Positions 25,754 to 38,285 of a DNA stretch of 64,000 nucleotides are shown here, piece after piece. Both the position numbers and the translations under genes were made by a program. The DNA lies in the NCBI RefSeq assembly GCF_009914755.1, contig NC_060942.1; one strand, given 5' to 3'. The first letter of the stretch is position 1. Each line of letters begins with the position of its first letter. The DNA comes from the human T2T-CHM13v2.0 reference genome, Homo sapiens. The notes under the pieces were generated by a model. That model worked only from the letters and a program-made list of their open reading frames with translations, did not search any database and was not told the DNA's origin.

Positions 25754-27108
25754 CATTCTCAGAAACTTGTTTGTGATGTGTGCCCTCTACTGACACAGTT
25801 GAACCTTTCTTTTCATAGAGCACTTTCGAAACACTCTTTTTGTAGAATCTGCAAGAGGATATTGGCATAGCTTTGAGGATTTCGTGGGAAACGGGATTGT
25901 CTTCAGATAAAATCTAGACAGAAGCATTCTCAGAAACTTCTTTGGGATGTTTGCATTCAAGTCACAGAGTAGAACATTGCCTTTGGTAGAGCAGGTTTGA
26001 AACACTCTTTTTGTAGTGTGTGTAAGTGGACATTTGGAGCGCTTTCCGGCCTAAGGTGAACAAGGAAATATCTTCCCATAAAAACTAGACAGAAGCATTC
26101 TCAGAAACTTACTCGTCATGTGTGTCCTCAACTAAAGGAGTAGAACCTTTCTTTTCATAGAGAAGTTTTGAAACGCTCTTTTTGTGGAATCTGCAAGTGG
26201 ATATTTGGCTAGTTTTGAGGATTTCGTTGGAAGCGGGAATTCATACAAATTGCAGACTGCAGCGTTCTGAGAAACATCTTTGTGATGTTTGTATTCAGGA
26301 CACAGAGTTGAACATTCCCTATCATAGAGCAGGTTGGAATCACTCCTTTTGTAGTATCTGGAAGTGGACATTTGGAGCGCTTTCTGCCCTATGTTGGAAA
26401 AGGAAATATCTTCCCATCACAACTAGACAGAAGCATTCTCAGAATCTTATTTGAGATGTGTGTACTCAACTAAGAGAATTGAACCACCGTTTTGAAGGAG
26501 CAGTTTTGAAACACTCTTTTTCTGGAATCTGCAAGTGGATATTTGGCTAGCTTTGGGGATTTTGCTGGAAGCCGGAATACATATAAAAAGCACACAGCAG
26601 CGTTCTGAGAAACTGCTTTCTGATGTTTGCATTCAAGTCAAAAGTTGAACACTCCCTTTCATAGAGCAGTCTTGAAACACCCCTTTTGTAGTATCTGGAA
26701 CTGGACATTTGGAGCGCTTTCAGGGCTAAGGTGAAAAAGGAAATATCTTCCCATAAAAACTGGACAGAAGCATTCTCAGAAACTTGTTTATGCTGTATCT
26801 ACTCAACTAACAAAGTTGAACCTTTCTTTTGATAGAGCAGTTTTGAAATGCTCTTTTTGTGGAATCTGCAAGTGGATATTTGGCTAGGTTTGAGGATTTC
26901 GTTGGAAGCGGGAATTCATACAAATTGCAGACTGCAGCGTTCTGAGAAACATCTTTGTGATGTTTGTATTCAGGACACAGAGTTGAACATTCCCTATCAT
27001 AGAGCAGGTTGGAATCACTCCTTGTGTAGTATCTGGAAGTGGACATTTGGAGCGCTTTCAGGCCTATGTTGAAAAAGGAAATATCTTCCCATAACAACTA
27101 GGCAGAAG
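25754..27108 (+). repeat. 8-mer HOR variant with b/d hybrid monomer (a b/d e f g h i j)
   Basis: Monomer 25925-26095 has a b-type 5' part (tttgggatgtttgc) and a d-type 3' end (ccggcctaaggtgaacaagg). Monomer c is missing. Confidence 0.9.
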
Positions 27109-29139
27109 CATTCTCAGAAACTTGTTTGTGATGTGTGCCCTCTACTGAGACAGTTGAACCTTTCTTTTCATAGAGCAGTTTCGAGACACTCTTTTTGTAG
27201 AATCTGCAAGAGGATATTTGCATAGCTTTGAGGATTTCGTGGGAAACGGGATTGTCTTCAGGTAAAATCTAGACAGAAGCATTCTCAGAAACTTCTTTGG
27301 GATGTTTGCATTCAAGTCACAGAGTAGAACATTCCCTTTGGTAGAGCAGGTTTGAAACACTCTTTTTGTAGTGTGTGTAAGTGGACATTTGGAGCGCTTT
27401 CAGGCCTACGTTGGAAAAGGAAATATCTTCCCATAACAACTAGACAGAAGCATTCTCAGAAACTAGTTTCTGATGTGTGTCCTCAACTAACACAGTTGAA
27501 CATTTCTTTAGACAGAACAGTTTTGAAACACTCTTTTTGTGGAATCTGCAAGTGGATATTTGGCTAGATTTGAGGATTTCGTTGGAAACGGGATTACGTA
27601 TAAAAAGCAGACAGCAGCATTCTCAGAAACTTCTTTGTGATGATTGCATTCAAGTCACAGAATTGAACATTCCCTTTCACAGAGCAGGTTTGAAACACTC
27701 TTCTTGTAGTGTGTGTAAGTGGACATTTGGAGCGCTTTCCGGCCTAAGGTGAACAAGGAAATATCTTCCCATAAAAACTAGACAGAAGCATTCTCAGAAA
27801 CTTACTCGTGATGTGTGTCCTCAACTAAAGGAGTAGAACCTTTCTTTTCATAGAGAAGTTTTGAAACGCTCTTTTTGTGGAATCTGCAAGTGGATATTTG
27901 GCTAGTTTTGAGGATTTCGTTGGAAGCGGGAATTCATACAAATTGCAGACTGCAGCGTTCTGAGAAACATCTTTGTGATGTTTGTATTCAGGACACAGAG
28001 TTGAACATTCCCTATCATAGAGCAGGTTGGAATCACTCCTTTTGTAGTATCTGGAAGTGGACATTTGGAGCGTTTTCAGGCCTATGTTGAAAAAGGAAAT
28101 ATCTTCCCATAAAAACTAGACAGAAGCATTCTCAGAAACTTATTTGAGATGTGTGTACTCACCTAAGAGAATTGAACCACCGTTTTGAAGGAGCAGTTTT
28201 GAAACACTCTTTTTCTGGAATCTGCAAGTGGATATTTGGCTAGATTTGAGGATTTCGTTGGAAACGGGATTACATATAAAAAGCAGACAGCAGCATTCTC
28301 AGAAACTTCTTTGTGATGATTGCATTCAAGTCACAGAATTGAACATTCCCTTTCACAGAGCAGGTTGAAACACTCTTTTTGTAGTGTGTGTAAGTGGACA
28401 TTTGGAGCGCTTTCAGGCCTACGTTGGAAAAGGAAATATCTTCCCATAACAACTAGACAGAAGCATTCTCAGAAACTAGTTTCTGATGTGTGTCCTCAAC
28501 TAACACAGTTGAACATTTCTTTAGACAGAACAGTTTTGAAACACTCTTTTTGTGGAATCTGCAAGTGGATATTTGGCTAGATTTGAGGATTTCGTTGGAA
28601 ACGGGATTACATATAAAAAGCAGACAGCAGCATTCTCAGAAACTTCTTTGTGATGATTGCATTCAAGTCACAGAATTGAACATTCCCTTTCACAGAGCAG
28701 GTTTGAAACACTCTTTTTGTAGTGTGTGTAAGTGGACATTTGGAGCGCTTTCCGGCCTAAGGTGAACAAGGAAATATCTTCCCATAAAAACTAGACAGAA
28801 GCATTCTCAGAAACTTACTCGTGATGTGTGTCCTCAACTAAAGGAGTAGAACCTTTCTTTTCATAGAGAAGTTTTGAAACGCTCTTTTTGTGGACTCTGC
28901 AAGTGGATATTTGGCTAGTTTGGAGGATTTCGTTGGAAGCGGGAATTCATACAAATTGCAGACTGCAGCGTTCTGAGAAACATCTTTGTGATGTTTGTAT
29001 TCAGGACACAGAGTTGAACATTCCCTATCATAGAGCAGGTTGGAATCACTCCTTTTGTAGTATCTGGAAGTGGACATTTGGAGCGCTTTCAGGCCTATGT
29101 TGAAAAAGGAAATATCTTCCCATAACAACTAGACAGAAG
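27109..29139 (+). repeat. Complex 12-monomer unit: a b c d e f g/c d/b c d e f
   Basis: A g/c hybrid lies at 28127-28293 and a d/b hybrid at 28294-28463 (with a 1-bp deletion, caggttgaaa). Confidence 0.87.
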
Positions 29140-31850
29140 CATTCTCAGAAACTTGTTTGTGATGTGTGCCCTCTACTGACACAGTTGAACCTTTCTTTTC
29201 ATAGAGCACTTTCGAAACACTCTTTTTGTAGAATCTGCAAGAGGATATTTGCATAGGTTTGAGGATTTCGTGGGAAACGGGATTGTCTTCAGGTAAAATC
29301 TAGACAGAAGCATTCTCAGAAACTTCTTTGGGATGTTTGCATTCAAGTCACAGAGTAGAACATTCCCGTTGGTAGAGCAGGTTTGAAACACTCTTTTTGT
29401 AGTGTGTGTAAGTGGACATTTGGAGCGCTTTCAGGCCTACGTTGGAAAAGGAAATATCTTCCCATAACAACTAGACAGAAGCATTCTCAGAAACTAGTTT
29501 CTGATGTGTGTCCTCAACTAACACAGTTGAACATTTCTTTAGACAGAACAGTTTTGAAACACTCTTTTTGTGGAATCTGCAAGTGGATATTTGGCTAGAT
29601 TTGAGGATTTCGTTGGAAACGGGATTACATATAAAAAGCAGACAGCAGCATTCTCAGAAACTTCTTTGTGATGATTGCATTCAAGTCACAGAATTGAACA
29701 TTCCCTTTCACAGAGCAGGTTTGAAACACTCTTTTTGTAGTGTGTGTAAGTGGACATTTGGAGCGCTTTCCGGCCTAAGGTGAACAAGGAAATATCTTCC
29801 CATAAAAACTAGACAGAAGCATTCTCAGAAACTTACTCGTGATGTGTGTCCTCAACTAAAGGAGTAGAACCTTTCTTTTCATAGAGAAGTTTTGAAACGC
29901 TCTTTTTGTGGACTCTGCAAGTGGATATTTGGCTAGTTTGGAGGATTTCGTTGGAAGCGGGAATTCATACAAATTGCATACTGCAGCGTTCTGAGAAACA
30001 TCTTCGTGATGTTTGTATTCAGGACACAGAGTTGAACATTCCCTATCATAGAGCAGGTTGGAATCACTCCTTTTGTAGTATCTGGAAGTGGACATTTGGA
30101 GCGCTTTCAGGCCTATGTTGGAAAAGGAAATATCTTCCCATAACAACTAGACAGAAGCATTCTCAGAAACTTATTTGAGATGTGTGTACTCAACTAAGAG
30201 AATTGAACCACCGTTTTGAAGGAGCAGTTTTGAAACACTCTTTTTCTGGAATCTGCAAGTGGATATTTGGCTAGCTTTGGGGATTTCGCTGGAAGCGGGA
30301 ATACATATAAAAAGCACACAGCAGCGTTCTGAGAAACTGCTTTCTGATGTTTGCATTCAAGTCAAAAGTTGAACACTCCCTTTCATAGAGCAGTCTTGAA
30401 ACACCCCTTTTGTAGTATCTGGAACTGGACATTTGGAGAGCTTTCAGGGCTAAGGTGAAAAAGGAAATATCTTCCCATAAAAACTGGACAGAAGCATTCT
30501 CAGAAACTTGTTTATGCTGTATCTACTCAACTAACAAAGTTGAACCTTTCTTTTGATAGAGCAGTTTTGAAATGCTCTTTTTGTGGAATCTGCAAGTGGA
30601 TATTTGGCTAGGTTTGAGGATTTCGTTGGAAGCGGGAATTCATACAAATTGCAGACTGCAGCGTTCTGAGAAACATCTTTGTGATGTTTGTATTCAGGAC
30701 ACAGAGTTGAACATTCCCTATCATAGAGCAGGTTGGAATCACTCCTTTTGTAGTATCTGGAAGTGGACATTTGGAGCGCTTTCAGGCCTATGTTGAAAAA
30801 GGAAATATCTTCCCATAACAACTAGGCAGAAGCATTCTCAGAAACTTGTTTGTGATGTGTGCCCTCTACTGACACAGTTGAACCTTTCTTTTCATAGAGC
30901 ACTTTCGAAACACTCTTTTTGTAGAATCTGCAAGAGGATATTTGCATAGCTTTGAGGATTTCGTGGGAAACGGGATTGTCTTCAGGTAAAATCTAGACAG
31001 AAGCATTCTCAGAAACTTCTTTGGGATGTTTGCATTCAAGTCACAGAGTAGAACATTCCCTTTGGTAGAGCAGGTTTGAAACACTCTTTTTGTAGTGTGT
31101 GTAAGTGGACATTTGGAGCGCTTTCAGGCCTACGTTGGAAAAGGAAATATCTTCCCATAACAACTAGACAGAAGCATTCTCAGAAACTAGTTTCTGATGT
31201 GTGTCCTCAACTAACACAGTTGAACATTTCTTTAGACAGAACAGTTTTGAAACACTCTTTTTGTGGAATCTGCAAGTGGATATTTGGCTAGATTTGAGTA
31301 TTTCGTTGGAAACGGGATTACATATAAAAAGCAGACAGCAGCATTCTCAGAAACTTCTTTGTGATGATTGCATTCAAGTCACAGAATTGAACATTCCCTT
31401 TCACAGAGCAGGTTTGAAACACTCTTTTTGTAGTGTGTGTAAGTGGACATTTGGAGCGCTTTCCGGCCTAAGGTGAACAAGGAAATATCTTCCCATAAAA
31501 ACTAGACAGAAGCATTCTCAGAAACTTACTCGTGATGTGTGTCCTCAACTAAAGGAGTAGAACCTTTCTTTTCATAGAGAAGTTTTGAAACGCTCTTTTT
31601 GTGGAATCTGCAAGTGGATATTTGGCTAGTTTGGAGGATTTCGTTGGAAGCGGGAATTCATACAAATTGCAGACTGCAGCGTTCTGAGAAACATCTTTGT
31701 GATGTTTGTATTCAGGACACAGAGTTGAACATTCCCTATCATAGAGCAGGTTGGAATCACTCCTTTTGTAGTATCTGGAAGTGGACATTTGGAGCGCTTT
31801 CAGGCCTATGTTGAAAAAGGAAATATCTTCCCATAACAACTAGACAGAAG

Positions 31851-33205
31851 CATTCTCAGAAACTTGTTTGTGATGTGTGCCCTCTACTGACACAGTTGAA
31901 CCTTTCTTTTCATAGAGCACTTTCGAAACACTCTTTTTGTAGAATCTGCAAGAGGATATTTGCATAGCTTTGAGGATTTCGTGGGAAACGGGATTGTCTT
32001 CAGATAAAATCTAGACAGAAGCATTCTCAGAAACTTCTTTGGGATGTTTGCATTCAAGTCACAGAGTAGAACATTCCCTTTGGTAGAGCAGGTTTGAAAC
32101 ACTCTTTTTGTAGTGTGTGTAAGTGGACATTTGGAGCGCTTTCCGGCCTAAGGTGAACAAGGAAATATCTTCCCATAAAAACTAGACAGAAGCATTCTCA
32201 GAAACTTACTCGTCATGTGTGTCCTCAACTAAAGGAGTAGAACCTTTCTTTTCATAGAGAAGTTTTGAAACGCTCTTTTTGTGGAATCTGCAAGTGGATA
32301 TTTGGCTAGTTTTGAGGATTTCGTTGGAAGCGGGAATTCATACAAATTGCAGACTGCAGCGTTCTGAGAAACATCTTTGTGATGTTTTTATTCAGGACAC
32401 AGAGTTGAACATTCCCTATCATAGAGCAGGTTGGAATCACTCCTTTTGTAGTATCTGGAAGTGGACATTTGGAGCGCTTTCTGCCCTATGTTGGAAAAGG
32501 AAATATCTTCCCATCACAACTAGACAGAGGCATTCTCAGAAACTTATTTGAGATGTGTGTACTCAACTAAGAGAATTGAACCACCGTTTTGAAGGAGCAG
32601 TTTTGAAACACTCTTTTTCTGGAATCTGCAAGTGGATATTTGGCTAGCTTTGGGGATTTTGCTGGAAGCGGGAATACATATAAAAAGCACACAGCAGCGT
32701 TCTGAGAAACTGCTTTCTGATGTTTGCATTCAAGTCAAAAGTTGAACACTCCCTTTCATAGAGCAGTCTTGAAACACCCCTTTTGTAGTATCTGGAACTG
32801 GACATTTGGAGCGCTTTCAGGGCTAAGGTGAAAAAGGAAATATCTTCCCATAAAAACTGGACAGAAGCATTCTCAGAAACTTGTTTATGCTGTATCTACT
32901 CAACTAACAAAGTTGAACCTTTCTTTTGATAGAGCAGTTTTGAAATGCTCTTTTTGTGGAATCTGCAAGTGGATATTTGGCTAGGTTTGAGGATTTCGTT
33001 GGAAGCGGGAATTCATACAAATTGCAGACTGCAGCGTTCTGAGAAACATCTTTGTGATGTTTGTATTCAGGACACAGAGTTGAACATTCCCTATCATAGA
33101 GCAGGTTGGAATCACTCCTTTTGTAGTATCTGGAAGTGGACATTTGGAGCGCTTTCAGGCCTATGTTGAAAAAGGAAATATCTTCCCATAACAACTAGGC
33201 AGAAG
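31851..33205 (+). repeat. Second 8-mer HOR variant with b/d hybrid monomer
   Basis: The hybrid lies at 32022-32192. The unit shares cagataaaat, actcgtcatg, ttctgccctatg, cccatcacaac and ggattttgctgg with the unit at 25754. Confidence 0.9.
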
Positions 33206-34561
33206 CATTCTCAGAAACTTGTTTGTGATGTGTGCTCTCTACTGACACAGTTGAACCTTTCTTTTCATAGAGCAGTTTCGAAACACTCTTTTTGTAGAAT
33301 CTGCAAGAGGATATTTGCATAGCTTTGAGGATTTCGTGGGAAACGGGATTGTCTTCAGGTAAAATCTAGACAGAAGCATTCTCAGAAACTTCTTTGGGAT
33401 GTTTGCATTCAAGTCACAGAGTAGAACATTCCCTTTGGTAGAGCAGGTTTGAAACACTCTTTTTGTAGTGTGTGTAAGTGGACATTTGGAGCGCTTTCAG
33501 GCCTACGTTGGAAAAGGAAATATCTTCCCATAACAACTAGACAGAAGCATTCTCAGAAACTAGTTTCTGATGTGTGTCCTCAACTAACACAGTTGAACAT
33601 TTCTTTAGACAGAACAGTTTTGAAACACTCTTTTTGTGGAATCTGCAAGTGGATATTTGGCTAGATTTGAGGATTTCGTTGGAAACGGGATTACATATAA
33701 AAAGCAGACAGCAGCATTCTCAGAAACTTCTTTGTGATGATTGCATTCAAGTCACAGAATTGAACATTCCCTTTCACAGAGCAGGTTTGAAACACTCTTT
33801 TTGTAGTGTGTGTAAGTGGACATTTGGAGTGCTTTCCGGCCTAAGGTGAACAAGGAAATATCTTCCCATAAAAACTAGACAGAAGCATTCTCAGAAACTA
33901 GTTTCTGATGTGTGTCCTCAACTAACACAGTTGAACATTTCTTTAGACAGAACAGTTTTGAAAAACTCTTTTTGTGGAATCTGCAAGAGGATATTTGGCT
34001 AGATTTGAGGATTTCGTTGGAAACGGGATTACATATAAAAAGCAGACAGCAGCATTCTCAGAAACTTCTTTGTGATGATTGCATTCAAGTCACAGAATTG
34101 AACATTCCCTTTCACAGAGCAGGTTTGAAACACTCTTTTTGTAGTGTGTGTAAGTGGACATTTGGAGCGCTTTTCGGCCTAAGGTGAACAAGGAAATATC
34201 TTCTCATAAAAACTAGACAGAAGCATTCTCAGAAACTTACTCGTGATGTGTGTCCTCAACTAAAGGAGTAGAACCTTTCTTTTCATAGAGAAGTTTTGAA
34301 ACGCTCTTTTTGTGGACTCTGCAAGTGGATATTTGGCTAGTTTGGAGGATTTCGTTGGAAGCGGGAATTCATACAAATTGCAGACTGCAGCGTTCTGAGA
34401 AACATCTTTGTGATGTTTGTATTCAGGACACAGAGTTGAACATTCCCTATCATAGAGCAGGTTGGAATCACTCCTTTTGTAGTATCTGGAAGTGGACATT
34501 TGGAGCGTTTTCAGGCCTATGTTGAAAAAGGAAATATCTTCCCATAACAACTAGACAGAAG
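33206..34561 (+). repeat. 8-monomer unit with duplicated c-d dimer (a b c d c d e f)
   Basis: Monomer c occurs at 33548 and again at 33886 (338-bp period). Confidence 0.9.
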
Positions 34562-36254
34562 CATTCTCAGAAACTTATTTGTGATATGTGCCCTCTACTG
34601 ACACAGTTGAACCTTTCTTTTCATAGAGCACTTTCGAGACACTCTTTTTGTAGAATCTGCAAGAGGATATTTTCATAGCTTTGAGGATTTCGCGGGAAAC
34701 GGGATTGTCTTCAGGTAAAATCTAGACAGAAGCATTCTCAGAAACTTCTTTGGGATGTTTGCATTCAAGTCACAGAGTAGAACATTCCCTTTGGTAGAGC
34801 AGGTTTGAAACACTCTTTTTGTAGTGTGTGTAAGTGGACATTTGGAGCGCGTTCAGGCCTACGTTGGAAAAGGAAATATCTTCCCATAACAACTAGACAG
34901 AAGCATTCTCAGAAACTAGTTTCTGATGTGTGTCCTCAACTAACACAGTTGAACATTTCTTTAGACAGAACAGTTTTGAAACACTCTTTTTGTGGAATCT
35001 GCAAGAGGATATTGGGCTAGATTTGAGGATTTCGTTGGAAACGGGATTACATATAAAAAGCAGACAGCAGCATTCTCAGAAACTTCTTTGTGATGATTGC
35101 ATTCAAGTCACAGAATTGAACATTCCCTTTCACAGAGCAGGTTTGAAACACTCTTTTTGTAGTGTGTGTAAGTGGACATTTGGAGCGCTTTTCAGCCTAA
35201 GGTGAACAAGGAAATATCTTCTCATAAAAACTAGACAGAAGCATTCTCAGAAACTTACTCGTGATGTGTGTCCTCAACTAAAGGAGTAGAACCTTTCTTT
35301 TCATACAGAAGTTTTGAAACGCTCTTTTTGTGGACTCTGCAAGTGGATATTTGGCTAGTTTGGAGGATTTCGTTGGAAGCGGGAATTCATACAAATTGCA
35401 GACTGCAGCGTTCTGAGAAACATCTTTGTGATGTTTGTATTCAGGACACAGAGTTGAACATTCCCTATCATAGAGCAGGTTGGAATCACTCCTTTTGTAG
35501 TATCTGGAAGTGGACATTTGGAGCGCTTTCAGGCCTATGTTGGAAAAGGAAATATCTTCCCATAACAACTAGACAGAAGCATTCTCAGAAACTTATTTGA
35601 GATGTGTGTACTCAACTAAGAGAATTGAACCACCGTTTTGAAGGAGCAGTTTTGAAACACTCTTTTTCTGGAATCTGCAAGTGGATATTTGGCTAGCTTT
35701 GGGGATTTCGCTGGAAGCGGGAATACATATAAAAAGCACACAGCAGCGTTCTGAGAAACTGCTTTCTGATGTTTGCATTCAAGTCAAAAGTTGAACACTC
35801 CCTTTCATAGAGCAGTCTTGAAACACCCCTTTTGTAGTATCTGGAACTGGACATTTGGAGCGCTTTCAGGGCTAAGGTGAAAAAGGAAATATCTTCCCAT
35901 AAAAACTGGACAGAAGCATTCTCAGAAACTTGTTTATGCTGTATCTACTCAACTAACAAAGTTGAACCTTTCTTTTGATAGAGCAGTTTTGAAATGCTCT
36001 TTTTGTGGAATCTGGAAGTGGATATTTGGCTAGGTTTGAGGATTTCGTTGGAAGCGGGAATTCATACAAATTGCAGACTGCAGCGTTCTGAGAAACATCT
36101 TTGTGATGTTTGTATTCAGGACACAGAGTTGAACATTCCCTATCATAGAGCAGGTTGGAATCACTCCTTTTGTAGTATCTGGAAGTGGACATTTGGAGCG
36201 CTTTCAGGCCTATGTTGAAAAAGGAAATATCTTCCCATAACAACTAGGCAGAAG

Positions 36255-38285
36255 CATTCTCAGAAACTTGTTTGTGATGTGTGCCCTCTACTGACACAGT
36301 TGAATCTTTCTTTTCATAAAGCAGTTTCGAAACACTCTTTTTGTAGAATCTGCAAGAGGATATTTGCATAGCTTTGAGGATTTCGTGGGAAACGGGATTG
36401 TCTTCAGGTAAAATCTAGACAGAAGCATTCTCAGAAACTTCTTTGGGATGTTTGCATTCAAGTCACAGAGTACAACATTCCCTTTGGTAGAGCAGGTTTG
36501 AAACACTCTTTTTGTAGTGTGTGTAAGTGGACATTTGGAGTGCTTTCAGGCCTACGTTGGAAAAGGAAATATCTTCCCATAATAACTAGACAGAAGCATT
36601 CCCAGAAACTAGTTTCTGATGTGTGTCCTCAACTAACACAGTTGAACATTTCTTTAGACAGAACAGTTTTGAAACACGCTTTTTGTGGAATCTGCAAGTG
36701 GATATTTGGCTAGATTTGAGGATTTCGTTGGAAACGGGATTACATATAAAAAGCAGACAGCAGCATTCTCAGAAACTTCTTTGTGATGATTGCATTCAAG
36801 TCACAGAATTGAACATTCCCTTTCACAGAGCAGGTTTGAAACACTCTTTTTGTAGTGTGTGTAAGTGGACATTTGGAGCGCTTTCAGGCCTACGTTGGAA
36901 AAGGAAATATCTTCCCATAACAACTAGACAGAAGCATTCTCAGAAACTAGTTTCTGATGTGTGTCCTCAACTAACACAGTTGAACATTTCTTTAGACAGA
37001 ACAGTTTTGAAACACTCTTTTTGTGGAATCTGCAAGTGGATATTTGGCTAGATTTGAGGATTTCGTTGGAAACGGGATTACATATAAAAAGCAGACAGCA
37101 GCATTCTCAGAAACTTCTTTGTGATGATTGCATTCAAGTCACAGAATTGAACATTCCCTTTCACAGAGCAGGTTTGAAACACTCTTTTTGTAGTGTGTGT
37201 AAGTGGACATTTGGAGCGCTTTTCGGCCTAAGGTGAACAAGGAAATATCTTCCCATAAAAACTAGACAGAAGCATTCTCAGAAACTTACTCGTGATGTGT
37301 GTCCTCAACTAAAGGAGTAGAACCTTTCTTTTCATAGAGAAGTTTTGAAACGCTCTTTTTGTGGAATCTGCAAGTGGATATTTGGCTAGTTTGGAGGATT
37401 TCGTTGGAAGCGGGAATTCATACAAATTGCAGACTGCAGCGTTCTGAGAAACATCTTTGTGATGTTTGTATTCAGGACACAGAGTTGAACATTCCCTATC
37501 ATAGAGCAGGTTGGAATCACTCCTTTTGTAGTATCTGGAAGTGGACATTTGGAGCGCTTTCAGGCCTATGTTGGAAAAGGAAATATCTTCCCATAACAAC
37601 TAGACAGAAGCATTCTCAGAAACTTATTTGAGATGTGTGTACTCAACTAAGAGAATTGAACCACCGTTTTGAAGGAGCAGTTTTGAAACACTCTTTTTCT
37701 GGAATCTGCAAGTGGATATTTGGCTAGCTTTGGGGATTTCGCTGGAAGCGGGAATACATATAAAAAGCACACAGCAGCGTTCTGAGAAACTGCTTTCTGA
37801 TGTTTGCATTCAAGTCAAAAGTTGAACACTCCCTTTCATAGAGCAGTCTTGAAACAACCCTTTTGTAGTATCTGGAACTGGACATTTGGAGCGCTTTCAG
37901 GGCTAAGGTTAAAAAGGAAATATCTTCCCATAAAAATTGGACAGAAGCATTCTCAGAAACTTGTTTATGCTGTATCTACTCAACTAACAAAGTTGAACCT
38001 TTCTTTTGATAGAGCAGTTTTGAAATGCTCTTTTTGTGGAATCTGCAAGTGGATATTTGGCTAGGTTAGAGGATTTCGTTGGAAGCGGGAATTCATACAA
38101 ATTGCAGACTGCAGCGTTCTGAGAAACATCTTTGTGATGTTTGTATTCAGGACACAGAGTTGAACATTCCCTATCATAGAGCAGGTTGGAATCACTCCTT
38201 TTGTAGTATCTGGAAGTGGACATTTGGAGCGCTTTCAGGCCTATGTTGAAAAAGGAAATATCTTCCCATAACAACTAGGCAGAAG
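36255..38285 (+). repeat. 12-monomer unit with duplicated c-d dimer via a d/b hybrid (a b c d/b c d e f g h i j)
   Basis: Monomer 36764-36934 starts as d (tttgtgatgattgc) and ends as b (caggcctacgttggaaaagg). Monomer c repeats at 36935. Confidence 0.9.

Larger units (their letters stand above)
21683..38285 (+). repeat. Structurally heterogeneous HOR zone: 6,10,6,2,8,12,10,6,8,8,10,12-mers
   Basis: Monomer a starts at 21683, 22701, 24394, 25412, 25754, 27109, 29140, 30833, 31851, 33206, 34562 and 36255, then 38286. Spacings are 1018, 1693, 1018, 342, 1355, 2031, 1693, 1018, 1355, 1356, 1693 and 2031. Confidence 0.9.

Noticed and set aside
36623-37051. Longest ORF (142 aa)
   Set aside because: It is a by-product of the d/b hybrid monomer removing the usual stop codon and fusing two satellite frames.
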